DNA of 64,000 nucleotides from IMG/VR virus record IMGVR_UViG_3300042922_001018, one strand, 5' to 3'. The stretch is from a virus (Duplodnaviria > Heunggongvirae > Uroviricota > Caudoviricetes). Positions within the stretch are counted from its first letter, which is position 1. Every line of letters starts with the position of its first letter. The notes under the pieces are model-generated. The model was not told the DNA's origin. It did not search any database and saw nothing but the letters and a program-made list of their open reading frames with translations. Positions 19,801 to 29,196 of the stretch are shown here, piece by piece. The translations under genes and the position numbers were made by a program.

Positions 19801-21121
19801 TCGTGAGGCCCGTTCGGCCGGTGTGACGCTCATCCTGGCGACGCAGAAGCTCACGAGCGACACGCTGTCCTCGATTCCCGGCGCTGGCGACCTGAAGACG
19901 AACATGAGCCGTCTGCTCCTCGGCAAGACGACGTTCGGTGACCTCCAGGCCGGTCTCCGGTCGCCGACAGAGGCGCCGGACCTCGGGTCGCAGGTAAATG
20001 CCGGTCGAGGCATCTATGAGACGAGCATCGCAGCGGCTACCATCATTCAGGGCTGGTACGAGCCTGGCACGCCCGGTTCGCTCCTGTCTCAGCTCGTAGA
20101 GGCGGGCGTACCGACCCAGCCGAACAAGCTGGACGTGACGCCGTTCATGCCGAAGACCGACACGCAGGGAACGCCGTTCTCTGTCATCGGTGGGGACGCT
20201 CCCGCCGTGATGCAGCCAGTCGAAGCTCCTGTAGCGGTCGTTGAAGAGATGGAGATTGACCTCTCGGACGCGGACATTGAAGACATCGGCGAGGTGGACC
20301 TGTCAGACCTCGACTTCTCGGAGATGGAAGCTGACGATGATGTGGACGCGGACGAACTCGTCATCGAGCCGGTTGGCGGCTACGACGCGGCAACGACCGA
20401 TGACGAAGATGATGCCGACTGGGAAGCCATCATCGCGCAGATGAACAGCCGTGTCGAAGCCGAGGAGCAGGCTTCGGCCCCCGCCGCAGAGCCGGTCATC
20501 GAATGGCCCGCGGAGATTCATGCCACGCCGCCGGTTGAGCAGAACTACGCTCGTACTATCGGTGAAGACCTCTTCTTCGAGGGCGAACCGCGCAGCCGCG
20601 AGTACGAATGGGATGAGCTGGACCGTCTGCGGGACTGGCTCGCCGTCTACGAGGCGCCTAAGCGTATGGTCTGGATGGACCCGACTCTGACACAGCGCGA
20701 CTTCTTCGGCATCTCGAACGCGGAACACGCACGGGCGCTGATGGAAGCTGCGGGCATCGAAGACATCGTTCTTCCCGATGTGATGTCGGCAAGCGATGAG
20801 GAAGCGGCCGACGAGGAGTCGTTCATCGCGCCGGTCGTGGAGCACTCCGGTGAGGCGCTGGTCTACCAGCCCGGCACGGTCACTCTTCCCGAGGGCGAGA
20901 CTGACCCGTTCGACCTGGCTATGGCGGAGACTGAGAAGCCTGCGGCCCCCGCACGTCCGGCAGCACCCGCGCCTCTGCGGGAACTGACTCCGTCGGAGCT
21001 GGCTGCGGAGCGCGCGGCTGCGCGACGTGCGAAGAAGGAAGCTGACAAGAAGGCTGCCGCGGACGATGCATTCGCTCCGAAGACTCGCCGCGAGACTCCG
21101 ACGTTCGACGACCTGTTCTAA
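16862..21121 (+). CDS. Large membrane-anchored FtsK/SpoIIIE-domain ATPase
   Basis: N-terminal TMs; GGSGSGKS; VVIDE; ARSAGVTLILATQ; long acidic tail. Confidence 0.85.
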   Translation: MATARTRNSAPPKSNAGIIATIVVLASIAASVLGLPGFAILWLGLAGAGFATVAPQLTGKNLKGQPEPNGEQEEMELRKFRFWSDYRWRSFVPGTDWLPFAEGKTWKEKLRLSAIWVVAVGLAAVAFTLPVEVQLLGSFPDFAHLAEDLAPYTDIFLLLNVLGAYIVPMQFTGSVRRTTDPQDAQSVVPFHSNIILTVIAPVVGLVAGFAALTAPAIVERVVDQPGYEFPIQPPLVFALGVFLAASGSIAYLANKAGTLADWEERREARATWKVALTHLKVDPRLTDHKLVGEQGVILDTFEAPGVPNADGMLALAPKLIPLLGAGRQAVMLHTPNLSGDGQPVPGTRHPQIFQVIQWPDGSMPDFTQLVDPEVAELALRSAAAWVHDEQKLPRADLVNVQRISTDESESHAYLATFLGEGAMYLDTTGAAIGRSLTGMDAFAEQGQGGILLYLGDLDNAELEDDSVRERMQRTAQTSRWNQRWKDALKQGVQVPVIQLEVHRSARLADGTMLEYQPFVFNQGVGGPKTYFGHEANLSTTLAAAPFVAILGFPASGGRPGERHPQALAVAWSQKNVPSSPSKLDPAGDRDAVKWVISGMVGRAFEAARLARPEVAAVTALTTQGTPQQRSKPHIWKIDLRLYDGVTITDVKKNAAKLGLSLNVEWLRITEFTDGCTIVAGVNPTTRGVEFARPSARSEIRSYLDYCLSLDWEQAFIDAKVIGSNGASTPKLVKSATLPKNDDVQVLTFSLPPGISRPQVAEAREKLSAATNNSFFIVRPGGSASEVELLVARENPLKTSIPVNWDEVRSSSVVPFGSTVEGEVAAYDWKESPHLLILGGSGSGKSATLQVLLTSALFRNAEVYVADPSKGAADFRFAEDYLKAVIVDTVETSAMMNALYAEVVRRKNLNSAHGVGSYRDLPAEIQPPHIVVVIDEFTSLMMADRLKKPSTNDPEVLAEYEEQVQINDAKANIGSKAGRIAREARSAGVTLILATQKLTSDTLSSIPGAGDLKTNMSRLLLGKTTFGDLQAGLRSPTEAPDLGSQVNAGRGIYETSIAAATIIQGWYEPGTPGSLLSQLVEAGVPTQPNKLDVTPFMPKTDTQGTPFSVIGGDAPAVMQPVEAPVAVVEEMEIDLSDADIEDIGEVDLSDLDFSEMEADDDVDADELVIEPVGGYDAATTDDEDDADWEAIIAQMNSRVEAEEQASAPAAEPVIEWPAEIHATPPVEQNYARTIGEDLFFEGEPRSREYEWDELDRLRDWLAVYEAPKRMVWMDPTLTQRDFFGISNAEHARALMEAAGIEDIVLPDVMSASDEEAADEESFIAPVVEHSGEALVYQPGTVTLPEGETDPFDLAMAETEKPAAPARPAAPAPLRELTPSELAAERAAARRAKKEADKKAAADDAFAPKTRRETPTFDDLF

Positions 21122-21174
21122 ACGACACGCCGATGGTTCTGTCGGCGCCGGTTTGATGCTAGGATGAGACCATC

Positions 21175-21966
21175 ATGATGGGTTACTCTCACGCGGTCTC
21201 CGGCGCCGCCGGTTGGTTCGCCGTTACTTCGACCGCGGCGGGCTTCGGCTGGTACACGCTGGAGCCTACCCAGATTCTCGCGGGAGCGGTCGTCTGCGCT
21301 GGCGCAGCCCTCGCGCCGGACGCTGACCACCCAAGCGCAACGATTGCGTACTCGATTCCTGGTGTCGGCAAGGCGGTGACCGGAGCTATCGGTTCGGCGG
21401 CTGGCGGGCACCGGAAGGGCACGCATACCATCTGGGCCGTGTTCGTCATGCTAGCGGTCTGTTTCGGTCTGTCGGTCATTCCGCCGCTGGAGACTCAGTG
21501 GGGTCCGGTGAACCTATTCGCGTTCATCGCCACGCTCGCCCTGACCACTTTCGCAACGAAGGTGCTGAGGATTGCGAAGAACTGGGGACTGGCCTGGCTG
21601 ATGGGCGCGGGGTTCGCTATCGCCCTCCATTTCCTCATGCCGGATTCGTACACCTGGATTCCGATGTGCATTGCTATCGGCTACCTCATCCACCTTCTCG
21701 GTGACTTCTTGACCGTCGGCGGTCTCGCATGGTTCTACCCGTGGGTTCCGAAGCCTCCGGCCGCGTTCACGGCGACTCCGGTGGTGAATCGCCTGTGGAT
21801 GAAGAACGGCTACATGTCGCTCCCCATTCTCGGTCTGACCGGCTCTTGGCGTGAGAACTTCCTCGCTCTGCTGCTCCTGATGTACACCCTCTACGCATTC
21901 GCCGTGACTACTGGCTCCGTCTGGAACGTTGACCTCACCATCGGGGCACTCCTGAAGTACATCTGA
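21175..21966 (+). CDS. YdjM-like membrane metal-dependent hydrolase
   Basis: MMGYSH; LAPDADHP; HRKGTH; HLLGD. Confidence 0.8.
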   Translation: MMGYSHAVSGAAGWFAVTSTAAGFGWYTLEPTQILAGAVVCAGAALAPDADHPSATIAYSIPGVGKAVTGAIGSAAGGHRKGTHTIWAVFVMLAVCFGLSVIPPLETQWGPVNLFAFIATLALTTFATKVLRIAKNWGLAWLMGAGFAIALHFLMPDSYTWIPMCIAIGYLIHLLGDFLTVGGLAWFYPWVPKPPAAFTATPVVNRLWMKNGYMSLPILGLTGSWRENFLALLLLMYTLYAFAVTTGSVWNVDLTIGALLKYI

Positions 21967-22019
21967 TACGGGGTGTGTCGTACTCGGTTTCCGACGCGCC
22001 ATCGGGTAGCGTCGGAGTC

Positions 22020-22394
22020 ATGTCCCCGAAGTACCGCCCTGACGCCTACCGTAGGCTGTTCGAGCGGCTCGCGGACGAAGCCCTCGATGTAGAGTGGGGC
22101 GCGAACCGTATCGTCCTTGTATTCGCACGGCACGTCTACAAGCTGCCGCTGACGAAGCACGGGCTGGAGGCGAACCGGAAGGAAGCGCGCTGGTCCGAGC
22201 TTCACGGCAAGACGGGCGAGGCGCCGCACATCGCAGACTGCCATCTCGAACGCCTCGACGGTCTCGAAGTGCTGTGGATGGAGTACATCATCCCGCTCGA
22301 CGAACCGATGGTGCTCCCCGAGTGGGCGCTCGCTGTGGATGACATCCAAGTCGGGCATGACGTAGACAATCGGCTGGTTGCATACGACCTCTGA
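22020..22394 (+). CDS. Hypothetical protein, possibly minimal kinase-like fold
   Basis: GANRIV..VYKLP..NRKE..LWMEY..DIQVG. Confidence 0.55.
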   Translation: MSPKYRPDAYRRLFERLADEALDVEWGANRIVLVFARHVYKLPLTKHGLEANRKEARWSELHGKTGEAPHIADCHLERLDGLEVLWMEYIIPLDEPMVLPEWALAVDDIQVGHDVDNRLVAYDL

Positions 22395-22412
22395 CGCTGG
22401 TACGCTGTAGCC

Positions 22413-23090
22413 ATGTATCGGACCCTCGCTCCTATCGGTGTCTTCGCCGACGGGACTCCTTTCGGGTACGACACGGTCCGCGGCGGCTCCTTCATCCTTT
22501 CCGGCAACGCTGGAGCAGGAAAGACGGTAGCGATGCGCACCCTCGTCGGTGGCGCTCTCATCCGTGGGACCGAGGTTCTCTTGCTGTGGCCGGGGCATCG
22601 GCTGCGTCACGAGTACGGAACGTATGCGGAGGACTCGTCTTTCCGTGTCGCGAAAGGACCATCGCCGTCGGCAATCGCTCTAGGCGACTTGCTGCATCGA
22701 GACGGTTCCGAGCCGCGAATCCTCGTGGCGGTGGACGATTACACAACGCTGATGGACGGTGGCGTCGTCGGAGAAAGTCGCGTAAGCACGATTGCACGGC
22801 CGATTCTTCGGGAGAAGCTTCGTGACCTATGGGAACGGCGTGATGAGCTGAACATCGACTTTGCGTTCGCTGCGCAACAGCCGAGCTTCCCCTTCTTGTA
22901 CAGCACCTATGAGAAGTCGGGCACGACCGCACTGGTGTTCGGCGACACGAATTACAGCCAGGTGAACATGGCGTTCGGCTCGACCGACGGTACTCTTGTC
23001 CAGCCGGTAGAAGTTCGACGCGGCCAGGTGCTCGCGCGTCACCCCAACGGGGAGTTGCAGACGGCTGAGGTCTGGGCGCGTGACTTGTGA
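22413..23090 (+). CDS. Family D stand-alone FtsK-like ATPase domain
   Basis: TACGCT-N6-ATG; GNAGAGKT; LVAVDD; FAFAAQQP. Confidence 0.75.
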   Translation: MYRTLAPIGVFADGTPFGYDTVRGGSFILSGNAGAGKTVAMRTLVGGALIRGTEVLLLWPGHRLRHEYGTYAEDSSFRVAKGPSPSAIALGDLLHRDGSEPRILVAVDDYTTLMDGGVVGESRVSTIARPILREKLRDLWERRDELNIDFAFAAQQPSFPFLYSTYEKSGTTALVFGDTNYSQVNMAFGSTDGTLVQPVEVRRGQVLARHPNGELQTAEVWARDL

Positions 23091-23119
23091 CATGACGAGG
23101 CCCGTGGTACGCTAGCCGC

Positions 23120-23560
23120 ATGTCCCAGAACGAGGCCTCCCACCGGTATCTGACAGGCGTGCTTCGTAACGGCCGGTCCGCCATCGACATCGGCACTGAC
23201 TACCACCGTCTCATCGAGATGTTGTACGGAAGCTCCGTGACCGCGCGGCCCTGGGCTTTCGCCTTCAACCCGGAGCCGGTCCGCTACATGTACGCGGACT
23301 GCGACATTCTCCGCCGCGAGGCTGCGCCGGAGACGGCGCTGGAGCGCATCACGCCTCACATCGGTCCGGTCATGCATGATGCCTGGCTCGGCCCGTTCTC
23401 GTCGTTCACGTCCTACTTCCGTTACCGCTCCGTCGAGCGCGAGTTCGAAGCCCACGAGATTGAGCGGGCGCTTCATGCCTACCGGACATCGACCGAGTAC
23501 ACGGCGCCGGTCGTCTCATCCCGAGGACTCCTGTGGCCGTTCGCGACTCTGACGAGCTGA
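23120..23560 (+). CDS. Hypothetical protein
   Basis: TACGCT-N6-ATG; GC3-rich codons. Confidence 0.65.
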   Translation: MSQNEASHRYLTGVLRNGRSAIDIGTDYHRLIEMLYGSSVTARPWAFAFNPEPVRYMYADCDILRREAAPETALERITPHIGPVMHDAWLGPFSSFTSYFRYRSVEREFEAHEIERALHAYRTSTEYTAPVVSSRGLLWPFATLTS

Positions 23561-24186
23561 TACCGTTCGGCGAGTTTGCCGATGGAACCGCTGCCTGCCA
23601 CGACTTCGATAAGTACGGAGCACTGACGGTCTACGGCGTCATGCCGGAACAACGCGCCGCGACGCTGGCGACTATCGTCAATGGTGGTCGTGTACGTGAC
23701 TACGAAGGCTTCTACCTTTCCACGCGGCCGGAGGAGACGAAGGTACATGGCCTTCTGGCGAACGGGGTTCGCGCTTCGGCTTCGCTCGACGAGTTGCCGG
23801 TGCTCGCTGAAGATGCGGCTGAGCTTCTTGCTGAGCGTCGCAAGCAGTTCGCACTCGAAGGGTGGAACTCGTTCGCCGAGGCGCATGCTGTGGCCGATAT
23901 GTCTCGCGTGGTGTACGCGATAGACGGCTGGGAAGGCATCGCTGCGACCTTGCATTCGAACGACCCTCTCACTCTCCGAGAGAACGAGTTCCGCAGGCGT
24001 ACAGCGCAAGCTTCCATCGAGTTGTACCGGTTCGGGGCGCCCTACGGCATCCATGTCATCATGTCGCAGTTTACTCGTCTCCCAGACTCCACGGGGGCGT
24101 CTTTGACCATCGAGCGACCGGGCGTCGGAGCGTATGAAAATCAGCGGGATGAGCCTGCAACGGTAACCCTCTGGGAGAGGGACTAA
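23533..24186 (+). CDS. Family D degenerate FtsK-like domain
   Basis: IPFGEFADG similar to PIGVFADG of 22413; VVYAIDG; FGAPYGIHVIMSQ; start uncertain. Confidence 0.6.
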   Translation: MAVRDSDELIPFGEFADGTAACHDFDKYGALTVYGVMPEQRAATLATIVNGGRVRDYEGFYLSTRPEETKVHGLLANGVRASASLDELPVLAEDAAELLAERRKQFALEGWNSFAEAHAVADMSRVVYAIDGWEGIAATLHSNDPLTLRENEFRRRTAQASIELYRFGAPYGIHVIMSQFTRLPDSTGASLTIERPGVGAYENQRDEPATVTLWERD

Positions 24187-24227
24187 CACCCGCGTCGTCC
24201 TCCTAGCCGTGTGGTAAAGTGTCGTGT

Positions 24228-24818
24228 ATGGATACTCCCGACATCTTCTCCGGCTTCCACGACGAAACTGCGCAAGCTCTTGGCAGTGACGCCGTGTCGG
24301 CCGACGCGTCGGAGACCGCTTCCCGCCGGTCGCGTTCTGGCTCCGGCCGAAAGCAGCGTGCTTCGGGCAGCGCTTCCCGCTCGCGCGGCACTCAGCGTGC
24401 CTCGAACCGTCTGACCCGAGCTGTCGTCTCGAACGTCATCGAGAAGTATGAGCAGGTCGCTAGCCTGGATGCGGAGCAGTCTCGGTTCCTCGCCGCTTCC
24501 CTCGGTCTCCCGCCGGAGAGCGACGCGAAGGACATCGTATCCGTGGTGTACTCCGCGGCGACGAACATCAACCCGGTCGCCATCGTGGACAAGCTCCGCG
24601 GTATCGAAGACCCTGTGGAGCGCTACATCGCTGCGCTGTCTCTCCAGAAGACTGAGCAGAAGTCCGTCTGGAACCTGCTGACGGGTGTGACCGATGCTTC
24701 CGGCCGTCTGCCGGGCGATGACCGCCAGGCAGCGAAGCGACTCATCGACGCGCTGTCGAAGGTGGATGAGCTGACGCTCATCATGCTCTCGGAACTGAAG
24801 GCGCTGGGTAGTCGCTGA
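24228..24818 (+). CDS. Hypothetical protein
   Basis: TAAAGT-N7-ATG; coupled to next gene. Confidence 0.7.
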   Translation: MDTPDIFSGFHDETAQALGSDAVSADASETASRRSRSGSGRKQRASGSASRSRGTQRASNRLTRAVVSNVIEKYEQVASLDAEQSRFLAASLGLPPESDAKDIVSVVYSAATNINPVAIVDKLRGIEDPVERYIAALSLQKTEQKSVWNLLTGVTDASGRLPGDDRQAAKRLIDALSKVDELTLIMLSELKALGSR

Positions 24819-25336
24819 TGGCTCGCTGTCGTTCATGGCGTTACAACACAAGGTCCGGTGACTTCAACACGTTGCCGGGCGAGGACCGCGCGGTCTGGAC
24901 CCTCTGCACGAACAAGGTGCCGCGAGGCTTTCGCCGCTGCGACGAGTGCTTGAACGCGCTTCTGTTCCATCCGAACGAGCAGGTTCGCGTCGCTCTCGCG
25001 AAGGAGAAGGGCGCATCTCGCGCCACTCTGGAGCTTCTGGCAAACGATGACCCGTCGATGGTGGTCAGCTCGGAGGCGGAGAAAGCTCTTGCCCGTCTGG
25101 AGAAGTCTCCACGCCGGAACGCGCGCGCCACGGACATCGTTTCGGACACGACGAAGCACAAGCTGCACGAGCGCAAGAACGGCTCGTCTGGTCTGTGGGC
25201 TGATTCCCCGTCGATGGGAATGGACGCATTCGGCGAGAAGGTCGAAAACGGGGAAGAACCTCTCATTGTCCCCGCCCGTCCGGACGGACTCGACATCGCA
25301 CTCGGTACGGAAGGGATGTCTCCCAAGAGCAACTGA
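24818..25336 (+). CDS. Cys-motif plus HEAT/LRV-like repeat protein
   Basis: C..C..CDEC then HPNEQVRVALAKE..TLELLAND. Confidence 0.6.
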   Translation: MARCRSWRYNTRSGDFNTLPGEDRAVWTLCTNKVPRGFRRCDECLNALLFHPNEQVRVALAKEKGASRATLELLANDDPSMVVSSEAEKALARLEKSPRRNARATDIVSDTTKHKLHERKNGSSGLWADSPSMGMDAFGEKVENGEEPLIVPARPDGLDIALGTEGMSPKSN

Positions 25337-25382
25337 TGGACCGTTCACGGTTCTCCCAGTCTCGGGGTAGAATAGCTGAATC

Positions 25383-26471
25383 ATGGCAAAGAAAAACAAG
25401 TCGAACTCTATCTGGGAAGACGAGCAAGTCTCGGTCCCCAATGAAGAGCTAGTCAAGCAGTCCAAGGTCAAGAAGGCGTCACGCTTCAAGTGGCTCCGCC
25501 GCGGGGTCTGGCTATCTCTCATTCTCACGCCCATCCTGGCCATCGTCGCGCTCATGTGGTACATGGACTCTCAGAACCCTGAGCCGCCTGTCGAGCCGCC
25601 CACTTCGCTCGAAATCAACGACTCCATCGGCAAGGACGCGGCGACCACGACCGTTCGCGACTGGCTCTCCAGCGAGCCGCAGCCGATTCCCGGCGCCCAG
25701 CTTCTCTCCTGGAACGGCTTCACGACGCAGGACAAGCCCGCTGTCGCTGACGCTGAGACCAGCGAGACCGCGGCCGGTGTCTTCGTTCCGGACTGGAACA
25801 AGGAGACTCACTACTTCTCTGTACGCGCCGGTAACGGAACCCTGTTCCGCGTTTCGGTCGAGGTGGATGCTGACCGTACCCTCGGCGCTCGCGTCACGTC
25901 GCTGCCGTCTCTCGTTCCGCTTCTGCCTGAGGTGACGAGCGGTTGGGAAGACACCCCGGAGCCGTGGTTCGGATACCAGTCCACCCAGGTGACTGACAAC
26001 ATCACTGCCTCTGTGAACGACTGGCTGGCCGCGTACACGGGTGGAAACCCCGCGACTCTCCGTAACGTTGTCGGTGACGGTGACGACACCCACTTCTACA
26101 TGCCGCTTTCCGGAATCCAGCGGGCAACCGCTGTGGTTGAGCGTGTCGCTTACCTGCCCTCGGATGACCCGGACGCTCCGGTCATCGAGAACCCGGACAC
26201 GGTTATCGCTCGCGTACAGGTGAAGCTGCTCTGGAACGGCCAGGTTCAGGAGAACCTCGACGACTTCGCTGAGATGAGCTTCGACCTCCTCATCGAGGAT
26301 GCGAACACCGCTGCGCCGAGCATCGTCGCGTGGGGTGGCCCTGGCAGCGGTCCTTCTCTGAAGCCGTACCAGAACGCCGTGACCGGCATCACGCTCGACA
26401 GCGTCCCGGACCCGACGACGACTGACAACCAGGCTGGCGTTACGCCTCCGGCCGACACAACGGGAGAGTAA
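25383..26471 (+). CDS. TcpC/VirB8-like conjugative transfer protein
   Basis: Single N-terminal TM plus extracellular domains; immediately upstream of VirB4-like ATPase. Confidence 0.5.
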   Translation: MAKKNKSNSIWEDEQVSVPNEELVKQSKVKKASRFKWLRRGVWLSLILTPILAIVALMWYMDSQNPEPPVEPPTSLEINDSIGKDAATTTVRDWLSSEPQPIPGAQLLSWNGFTTQDKPAVADAETSETAAGVFVPDWNKETHYFSVRAGNGTLFRVSVEVDADRTLGARVTSLPSLVPLLPEVTSGWEDTPEPWFGYQSTQVTDNITASVNDWLAAYTGGNPATLRNVVGDGDDTHFYMPLSGIQRATAVVERVAYLPSDDPDAPVIENPDTVIARVQVKLLWNGQVQENLDDFAEMSFDLLIEDANTAAPSIVAWGGPGSGPSLKPYQNAVTGITLDSVPDPTTTDNQAGVTPPADTTGE

Positions 26472-26473
26472 TC

Positions 26474-29065
26474 GTGGCTCGTGTAGAACAAATCCCGGAA
26501 ACCCCGGTCTGGCCGACGCGCGTCAAGGCGAAGTACAGCCAGGGCCGTGTTCGCGGCGTGGACAACTCCACGTGGGCGTACTTCTCGGTCCCGCTCGGAC
26601 CCATCGCTGAAGCGAAGACCACGAAGCAGGCCGTCGAAGGTGGACACCCGCTGTTCGTCGCCCTGAACCTCCTCACGGAGACTTCAACCGGTCGCGGCAA
26701 CCGCCGTATCGCGAAGGCGTCGTACCGTGACATCCACCTTCTGCTGGTGAACTCGCCTACGCCGTTCCGTGCTCCGGCGGGGAACCCGATGGAAGGCTAC
26801 CTGAACCAGTCGTATCAGAATCACATCGTGCAGAAGCGCGACCTGATTCTCGGTGTCCGCCTGCGCGCCTCCACCGACCTCGGCATCGAGGGAACCCCCG
26901 GCTCTAAGCGCTGGTTCGGTTCCATCGTGGACTCGGTCGCGGAGACGCTGGCGTCTGACGGTGGTGCGCCCATCCACGAGTTCGACAAGGACTTCAAGCG
27001 CATCGAGTCGCTGTTCCTCCGTGCGGGCCTCGCGCCTGCCACGGCTGAGCAGCTTCGTCACGCTGACTCCTGGTGGGGTGACGGTCACGGCGCCGATGTT
27101 CCGGTGATGCGTCACAGCGACCACCTGAACTTCTTCGCATCCATGTCCGACGCGAAGCTGGCGGAACGCCTCTACGAAGACGGTATCCCGACGCGCTTCT
27201 GGTCGAACGAGTACGACGAGGTCGGCCGCGAGCTTCCCGAGGAAGTCTCGTCACTGCGTCAGCACGCGGTGACGTTCGCTTCGGTTCTCGACTTCGACCT
27301 CGGCTACCGTTCCATCGAGGATGGCATGGCTCGTTGGGCCTCCAACCTCGCCGACCGTGTGCCGCTGCGCGCGATTTCGATTCGTGGTCTGCTCGAACCC
27401 GCTGCGGTCAACCGCAATGAGGCGAAGAACCAGATTCGTCAGATTCGCGCCGACATCGACGAAGCGGCGAACGCTGGCAAGCTGGACCGTACCGAGCAGC
27501 AGGAGAAGCTCCAGGAACTCAGCCAGATTGAGTCCCTCCAGTCCGGCGATGGCGCTGTCCCCGTTCTCGTGGACGCGTCGGTTATCGTTGCGTTCGACGG
27601 AGAGGTGGAAGACATCCACACCGTTGAACCTCTCGGTATCACCCTCGCTCACATGGAGAACCGTCAGCCGCAGGCATGGCAGGAGACGATGATTGCGAGC
27701 ACCGCGAAAGCGAACCCGCATCTCCACGACCTCCCCATCACGACGATTTCGTTCGCGGGTCTCCAGTCGCTCTCCCAGGTGGGCGACTACAAGGGCGACC
27801 TGATGCTTGTCGGTTTCACTGAGCGTGACACTCAGCCCGCGTGGCTGAACCCGGTCGGTGCGTCTGCGGAAGACCTTTCGCCCATCATGCTGGTCGCAGC
27901 CGCGACCGGTGCGGGTAAGACGGTCGTCCTCCAGTGGCTCGCTGACCAGTCCGCACGTCTGAACCGTCCGACGGTCATCATCGACCCGAAGCCAGAATCG
28001 GACCTTTCCAGCATCGTGAACCTGACCGGCGGTCAGATTGCATCGCTTGACGACATCGTGTCGGCTGACGGTGTGTTCGACCCGGTGCGATTCTCGAAGT
28101 CGCCTCAGCTCGGGCTGGAGCTGGCTGTGTCCATGCTCATCGCGGTGAACCCGTGGGGTGGCTCGGGCGCTGACCAGTACGCTGCTGTCATCCAGTACGC
28201 GCTGGACTACGGCATCAAGAACGGTGCGAACTGTACCGGTCAGGCGCTCCGTATCGCGGAGGATGCAGGTCAGATTGACAAGAGCATCACGCTCCCCATC
28301 TGGCAGATGCTCCAGGCGTCGCCGCTGTTCCGTGCGTGCTTCGGTATGGACCCCCACACGAAGCCGCTGTCGGTCTCGAACGGCATCACGCTCATCCGCG
28401 TGGGTCACACGAACCTGGAACTGCCGGACCGCGGTGAGGACATCCGCACCGCGACGCCGAACAAGCGCGTCTCGGCTCAGATTGTCCGCATGATGCTCTT
28501 CGGCTCCATGGCGGCACTGACCGGTCGCGGTGGCGTTCTCCACCTCGACGAGTCGTGGATTATCGAGAAGACTTCGCCTTCCGAGCTGGAGCGCGTGGGT
28601 CGTCTCGCCCGTTCCATGAACGTGCTGCCGGTTCTGTACACGCAGACTCCGAGCGGTCCGGTGAACGCTGGCCTCACGGGCTACATCTCGCGTGGCCTCA
28701 TCGGTCACATCCGTGATGAGAACGAGGCTCGCGCGGCTCTGCGCCTGTTCGGTATCGAAGAGACGGAAGAGATGATGCGTCGCATCACCGCGCTCCCGAC
28801 GATGGGTGCTCACGGTTCGGTTGCTCCGAACTACGAGTCGCTCCGCGCGCTGCGTGACCCGCGTACCGGCAAGTTCCTCCGTGGTTCCGTCATGCTGTAC
28901 TCCGACCTGAACGGCCGTGTGTCGCCAGTCGAAATCAGCCTGCCCGCGCCGTTCCTGAAGGCCGCGTCTACGACGCCGGAAGAGGTGCAGCGCCGCAAGG
29001 CCGAGGAGGCGATGGCTCGCGAGCAGTTGGCTACCGCCGCCCAGGTCGCCGCAGGGGGTTACTGA
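26474..29065 (+). CDS. VirB4-like conjugative ATPase
   Basis: AATGAGKT; IIDPK; LHLDESW; RLARS..YTQ; 863 aa. Confidence 0.75.
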   Translation: MARVEQIPETPVWPTRVKAKYSQGRVRGVDNSTWAYFSVPLGPIAEAKTTKQAVEGGHPLFVALNLLTETSTGRGNRRIAKASYRDIHLLLVNSPTPFRAPAGNPMEGYLNQSYQNHIVQKRDLILGVRLRASTDLGIEGTPGSKRWFGSIVDSVAETLASDGGAPIHEFDKDFKRIESLFLRAGLAPATAEQLRHADSWWGDGHGADVPVMRHSDHLNFFASMSDAKLAERLYEDGIPTRFWSNEYDEVGRELPEEVSSLRQHAVTFASVLDFDLGYRSIEDGMARWASNLADRVPLRAISIRGLLEPAAVNRNEAKNQIRQIRADIDEAANAGKLDRTEQQEKLQELSQIESLQSGDGAVPVLVDASVIVAFDGEVEDIHTVEPLGITLAHMENRQPQAWQETMIASTAKANPHLHDLPITTISFAGLQSLSQVGDYKGDLMLVGFTERDTQPAWLNPVGASAEDLSPIMLVAAATGAGKTVVLQWLADQSARLNRPTVIIDPKPESDLSSIVNLTGGQIASLDDIVSADGVFDPVRFSKSPQLGLELAVSMLIAVNPWGGSGADQYAAVIQYALDYGIKNGANCTGQALRIAEDAGQIDKSITLPIWQMLQASPLFRACFGMDPHTKPLSVSNGITLIRVGHTNLELPDRGEDIRTATPNKRVSAQIVRMMLFGSMAALTGRGGVLHLDESWIIEKTSPSELERVGRLARSMNVLPVLYTQTPSGPVNAGLTGYISRGLIGHIRDENEARAALRLFGIEETEEMMRRITALPTMGAHGSVAPNYESLRALRDPRTGKFLRGSVMLYSDLNGRVSPVEISLPAPFLKAASTTPEEVQRRKAEEAMAREQLATAAQVAAGGY

Positions 29066-29196
29066 CCCACCCAGACCCCGCGTTCCGAACCTTGCCATGA
29101 TAAGGGACGCGGTTAGACGAGGGGCACTCCATCTCCGGAGTGTCCCTCGTCGCTTTCGTTTCATGCCTGAAAGCGCATGGTATGCTTGACAGCATC

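Noticed and set aside
27251-29164. 637-aa minus-strand ORF
   Set aside because: Antisense shadow of the VirB4-like gene, typical of high-GC coding DNA; no motifs
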